The notes beneath the pieces are model-generated. The model saw only the letters and a list, made by a program, of their open reading frames with translations. It was not told where the DNA came from and searched no databases. The position numbers and the translations under genes are program-made. A DNA stretch of 64,000 nt from NCBI RefSeq assembly GCF_964355755.1, contig NC_092679.1:23729432-23793431 (forward strand). The letters run 5' to 3'. This stretch comes from Antedon mediterranea. Its lineage: Eukaryota; Animalia; Echinodermata. Within the stretch, counting starts at the first letter, position 1; each line of letters begins with the position of its first letter. This document shows, piece after piece, positions 59,962-64,000 of this stretch.

Positions 59962-62900
59962 GTACCATTTACTTACTTTTCAATTCATGCACCTTTGGAA
60001 AAAAAACACAATAATACTAATAAGTTTAATCGAGGGAAGTGATTATTCAAGGACCTTTAATAGGTGCATGGTTTTTTCAATTCAGGTGTTTTTGGGTGTA
60101 CAATGACAATGTAAAATGTACGTAGGGTGGAATGTTGTGTTTATTCAAAGCAGAATGTACTATGGTAACAAATTTCACTATTTATTTATGATAATTAAAT
60201 ATTTTATTCGTACTTACTTATAATTATTTTCTCATCTACCTTTTAAACTTTAATATCATTAATCAAGAGTTCTCATACACAATTTAATAAATAATTGTCT
60301 TTGTTTAAATCGATTAATTTTAATTAAGAAATGTTTCAATAAGTAAGATTGAGTGCTTTGAAAAATAAAACTTTGGTTGTTTAATTTCTTGTAAACATGT
60401 TTTTAATTCACTTATTATAATTTTATAATCAATATTAATTTATTTAGCCTTAATAAAATCAATATAATCTGTGTTACTCAACAACTTTAGTTTAATAGTT
60501 GATGAATAATAAAGTGGACTTTCCAGTTGATTGAATAATTTCGACAGACAATTCATAATTGAGCAAATAGTTAAACTTAGTACCAGCCACCCAATACTAA
60601 ACAACATGTTGTTCCAAGCAAGGTACTTTGAGATGACTCATCTACCAAATTCCGAATCATTTCAATCAATGAATACAATACAAAATGTGGGTGATCAATA
60701 ATTGTTTAATAATGAAAAGGTATTCAAGTATTCTAAAAAACCTGGTGTATTGTTCAAATGGCCAAACAACAAAGATTATAATAACCAATTAGCTCATGAA
60801 CTGTATAGTTTAAATTCCAATTCCCTTTATTCGTTATAGTATTAAATCATTGCTAGAAACATGAGAAATGTATGGCTTAGATTTCTGTAGGTCTATTTCT
60901 GCTGTGAAAATAATGCCTCACTAACCACTTTAAAAAAAAAAAAGTTCAAATGTCTTGTCTGATTACTGTATAAAATTAGCATTCTAAAAAAAAAGAGTAA
61001 ACAATTGAATTGAATGTAAATTGTAATATTTCATACAAGTTATCACTGTGCAACTTTTAAGCACAAAAAAATCCAACTATTGACCATTTTGACCTTGAGT
61101 CATGTTTTTCCCGTAGACAATTATCCACTGATTTTAACGATTAATATTTAACCTGTTTGATAATTAGTTTGCAAGCTTCTTTCGGGAAATTGTATTAGAG
61201 TGTGAATGATGTCTCTTTTATAACAAACTAAAATCATACATCATTGCAGTAAAAATGTAGTTGCTGCAGTAACTGCAGTAGAATAATTTTGACATTAAAT
61301 CCCTTTATAAACAAACTACCAAAACTGGTTGGGTGGTACTGTTCTTTGGATTTAGAAACTTTGTTTCTAAATCAAAGGACAGTATAAATTTAGTTTTCCT
61401 GTCACTATTTGCAATACTGTGTAACCATATTTTCTATTTAAATTTAAAAATAAAAGAGAAACACTTTACGCCTACTTACTTCTAATAGTACTACTAAGTA
61501 TCACAACCACTAAGAAAACTACTTCTATAGTTTAGTGACAATTAAGGAAGCTATAATTATTAAACTATCAAAATAAGGAAAAATATTATTGCTAAAATAA
61601 ATGTAATAGACTCATTTTGTTTCAGTTCCAAACAATAAAAAAAAAATAAAACGCAAGTCATTGAAGTTATTAATAACATCGCAATTGGTCTATCCTGGTT
61701 GTAGTTTAAATATATAAAGACATTTAAAAATCTATCAAAGTCAATAATAAGGGAAACACTTATTTAAACTACAATTAAACATGTTTATGATGTACAGTAG
61801 TATGGAGTTAACATTGTAACAGAGAAACATGGACACATCTTCGATTCAAGCCCTACTGTACATTTATTCAGACTTACTACAAAACCAATACTTTATTAAA
61901 CTGTCTCCTCCTAAAATATTGCAACAATACTAATAGTCATTCCAAAGTGTAAATAGTCAAAAAGTGTAAATATTCACTCCAAAGTGTAACTATAGTCAAC
62001 TCCAAAATGTTTTTGTAAGCGAAAAGTAAGCTAGAGAATGATGAATTTCTATAAAATTTGTGTTTTTAATACCAATTACTTTGAGAAAGCTTTCACAATT
62101 TTTTCACCACACCAAATGTTATGACATAAGTTTATAAAAAATTAAAATATTACAAAATATTATTTATTATATAAAAAAAAAATTGTGTAAACAAAGCTTG
62201 ATGAGTAATAACTTTTTAAATAATGTTAAAAAGTACCTGGTTATTTTGATCTTTTTAAGTATTACTAGGTAAATGTCAAGTTTAAATAAATAAAAGACCT
62301 GCTTTCCTTACTTCAATGCTAATAAAGCAATTAAATTATTAACATGGTTGCTATGAAGGGTAAACCAGAATGGCTTTGTTTGTTTTCAAAACTAAATGTT
62401 TTTCCTCGTCCACCCACTTCCTTTCCCATAGCCCTTCTGCCATTTTAAATCTTAATTTGCACAATACAATGCGGTTTGCCGTACAATACCTTGTTTTCAA
62501 ACAGGATACTGTATTCAATCTTTAAGTTTATTTCCACAACAGGATATACACTTTGAATTTGAATTTCATTTTAAAAATCAATAACATGGTAGTACCATCA
62601 TCGACTTTAAAAACATTTTATTTTCAATAGTTGAAACTTCCCAATTGACACTCACAACTTGTTTGCTCTTCCTATTGGCCAAATAAAAAAATGTTGCAGC
62701 TGCATGACTTTATGTACTGTACTTCAAAGAAATTTCCCTACAACGTTTGATGTTTTGTAAAATAATGCATATTACACTTACAGGTACTTAAAAAAAGACA
62801 TTAAACCAGGTCATTCCTTGTCTTAAATGTAAATGTTATGGTTTATATGATAAAAGCAGGCCTTGTCTTTTGAAAATAATAAAAATAATAATTATAAAAT

Positions 62901-63182
62901 GATAGGTGTGCTACAAATTGTTTGTATTTTGGTGAGTAGAAGTTTACCAAATGTAATCGTGTTGTAAATCGCACTCCTCAAGTGCATTTTAGGAGTGTGT
63001 TAGGTGAGTGATCGCACTCGCTCGCCTTAAAAGACAAGGCCTGAAAAAGAGGAAATCAATGTACTGTACTACCTTTCTTAGTAGCTCATGTCAAATGTAC
63101 GCAAGGACCTAGTCTATCTACCTACAGTAGGCTTAGTTTTTTGGGTTTAAACAGTGGTAACTAACATACGAACATCATACAC

Positions 63183-63398
63183 TACTGTACAGTAGCTATG
63201 GGCCTACTGTAGCTACATGGGCCTACTGTAGCTACATGGGCCTACTGTAGCTATGGGCCTACTGTAGCTATGGGCCTACTGTAGCTATGGGCCTACTGTA
63301 GCTACATGGGCCTACTGTAGCTACATGGGCCTACTGTACAGTAGCTACATGGGCCTACTGTAGCTATGGGCCTACTGTAGCTATGGGCCTACTGTAGA
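63183..63398. repeat. 17-19-bp tandem repeat (tactgtagct(ac)atgggcc)n
   Basis: About 11 directly visible units. Confidence 0.9.
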
Positions 63399-64000
63399 CT
63401 GGTGTTGTCTTCTTGTTGAATTAATTATCTGCCCTTTTTTGGGCATAATCTGTTTATACATATTGGGGAATACTTGGTATTTTCGCTAAAAAGTTAAGGT
63501 TCTTCCATTGCTTTCCGATCACAATATCACAGCAAGTGCATCGCAAACAAAACGATATCAATCAATGGTCTTCTTTTTTAACACTTCCGAGTTGGCTTCT
63601 TTTCGAGATGGCTTCTTATTAAGATTACATGCATGGCAAACTAAAGATATTAGGGGAGCTTTGAAATTAATGATGTAAATTGTGTGAATTCTACGATCTA
63701 CAGTAGGCTACCCTATTTATTTAGAGCCTCTAGGCCTACATAATAAAAAAAAATTAAACCTTTTTTTAAGACAAACCATAAAATAAGCAGCCATCGCCAT
63801 ATATTATATTGAAAATGATATTCATAATTAATAATTTAATAAACAATAAACATTATTGACAGAAGCTAGTATTTAATAATCTAGAAAACTAAGCTTAGTA
63901 GTAACGCAGGAAACCTAGTTTGAATAGGAAAATATAAAATAGATTGTCGAGGGGTAGGGCTTAATTCTCCGCATCACTACACGCTGGACAAAGTAGGCAT

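Noticed and set aside
58721-64000. Candidate MED6 first exon (e.g. minus-strand ATGGCGATGGCT near 63800, or a micro-exon near 58900)
   Set aside because: No candidate gave a convincing short ATG exon ending in a phase-1 donor, so it is left unassigned.

Overview
AT-rich, intron-containing animal genomic DNA. My inference is a marine invertebrate, probably an echinoderm-like deuterostome. From left to right it contains: (1) a minus-strand tandem array of classical-architecture calpain genes (CysPc-C2L/CBSW-penta-EF). Copy A is partial (1-1878); copies B (5574-16459, 18 exons, about 680 aa) and C (20164-29561) are complete. The reading frames are intact, but all three catalytic-triad residues appear substituted, so these look like pseudo-proteases. 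B and C carry a U12-type intron, and B alone carries a 5'-truncated LINE. (2) A complete ABCC10/MRP7-type ABC transporter (+, 32484-42856), head-to-head with calpain C. (3) About 25 copies of a 174-bp satellite with an internal palindrome. (4) MED6 (minus, 49090-58720; first exon not located). Its C-terminal codons and stop have been tandemly amplified about 9-fold into the 3' UTR, and its introns are packed with minisatellites and non-autonomous DNA transposons (Tc1/mariner-like, Harbinger-like, Kolobok-like, P-like). Exon structures were assembled by hand from GT-AG sites and reading-frame continuity. Family assignments rest on recalled motifs, not database searches.
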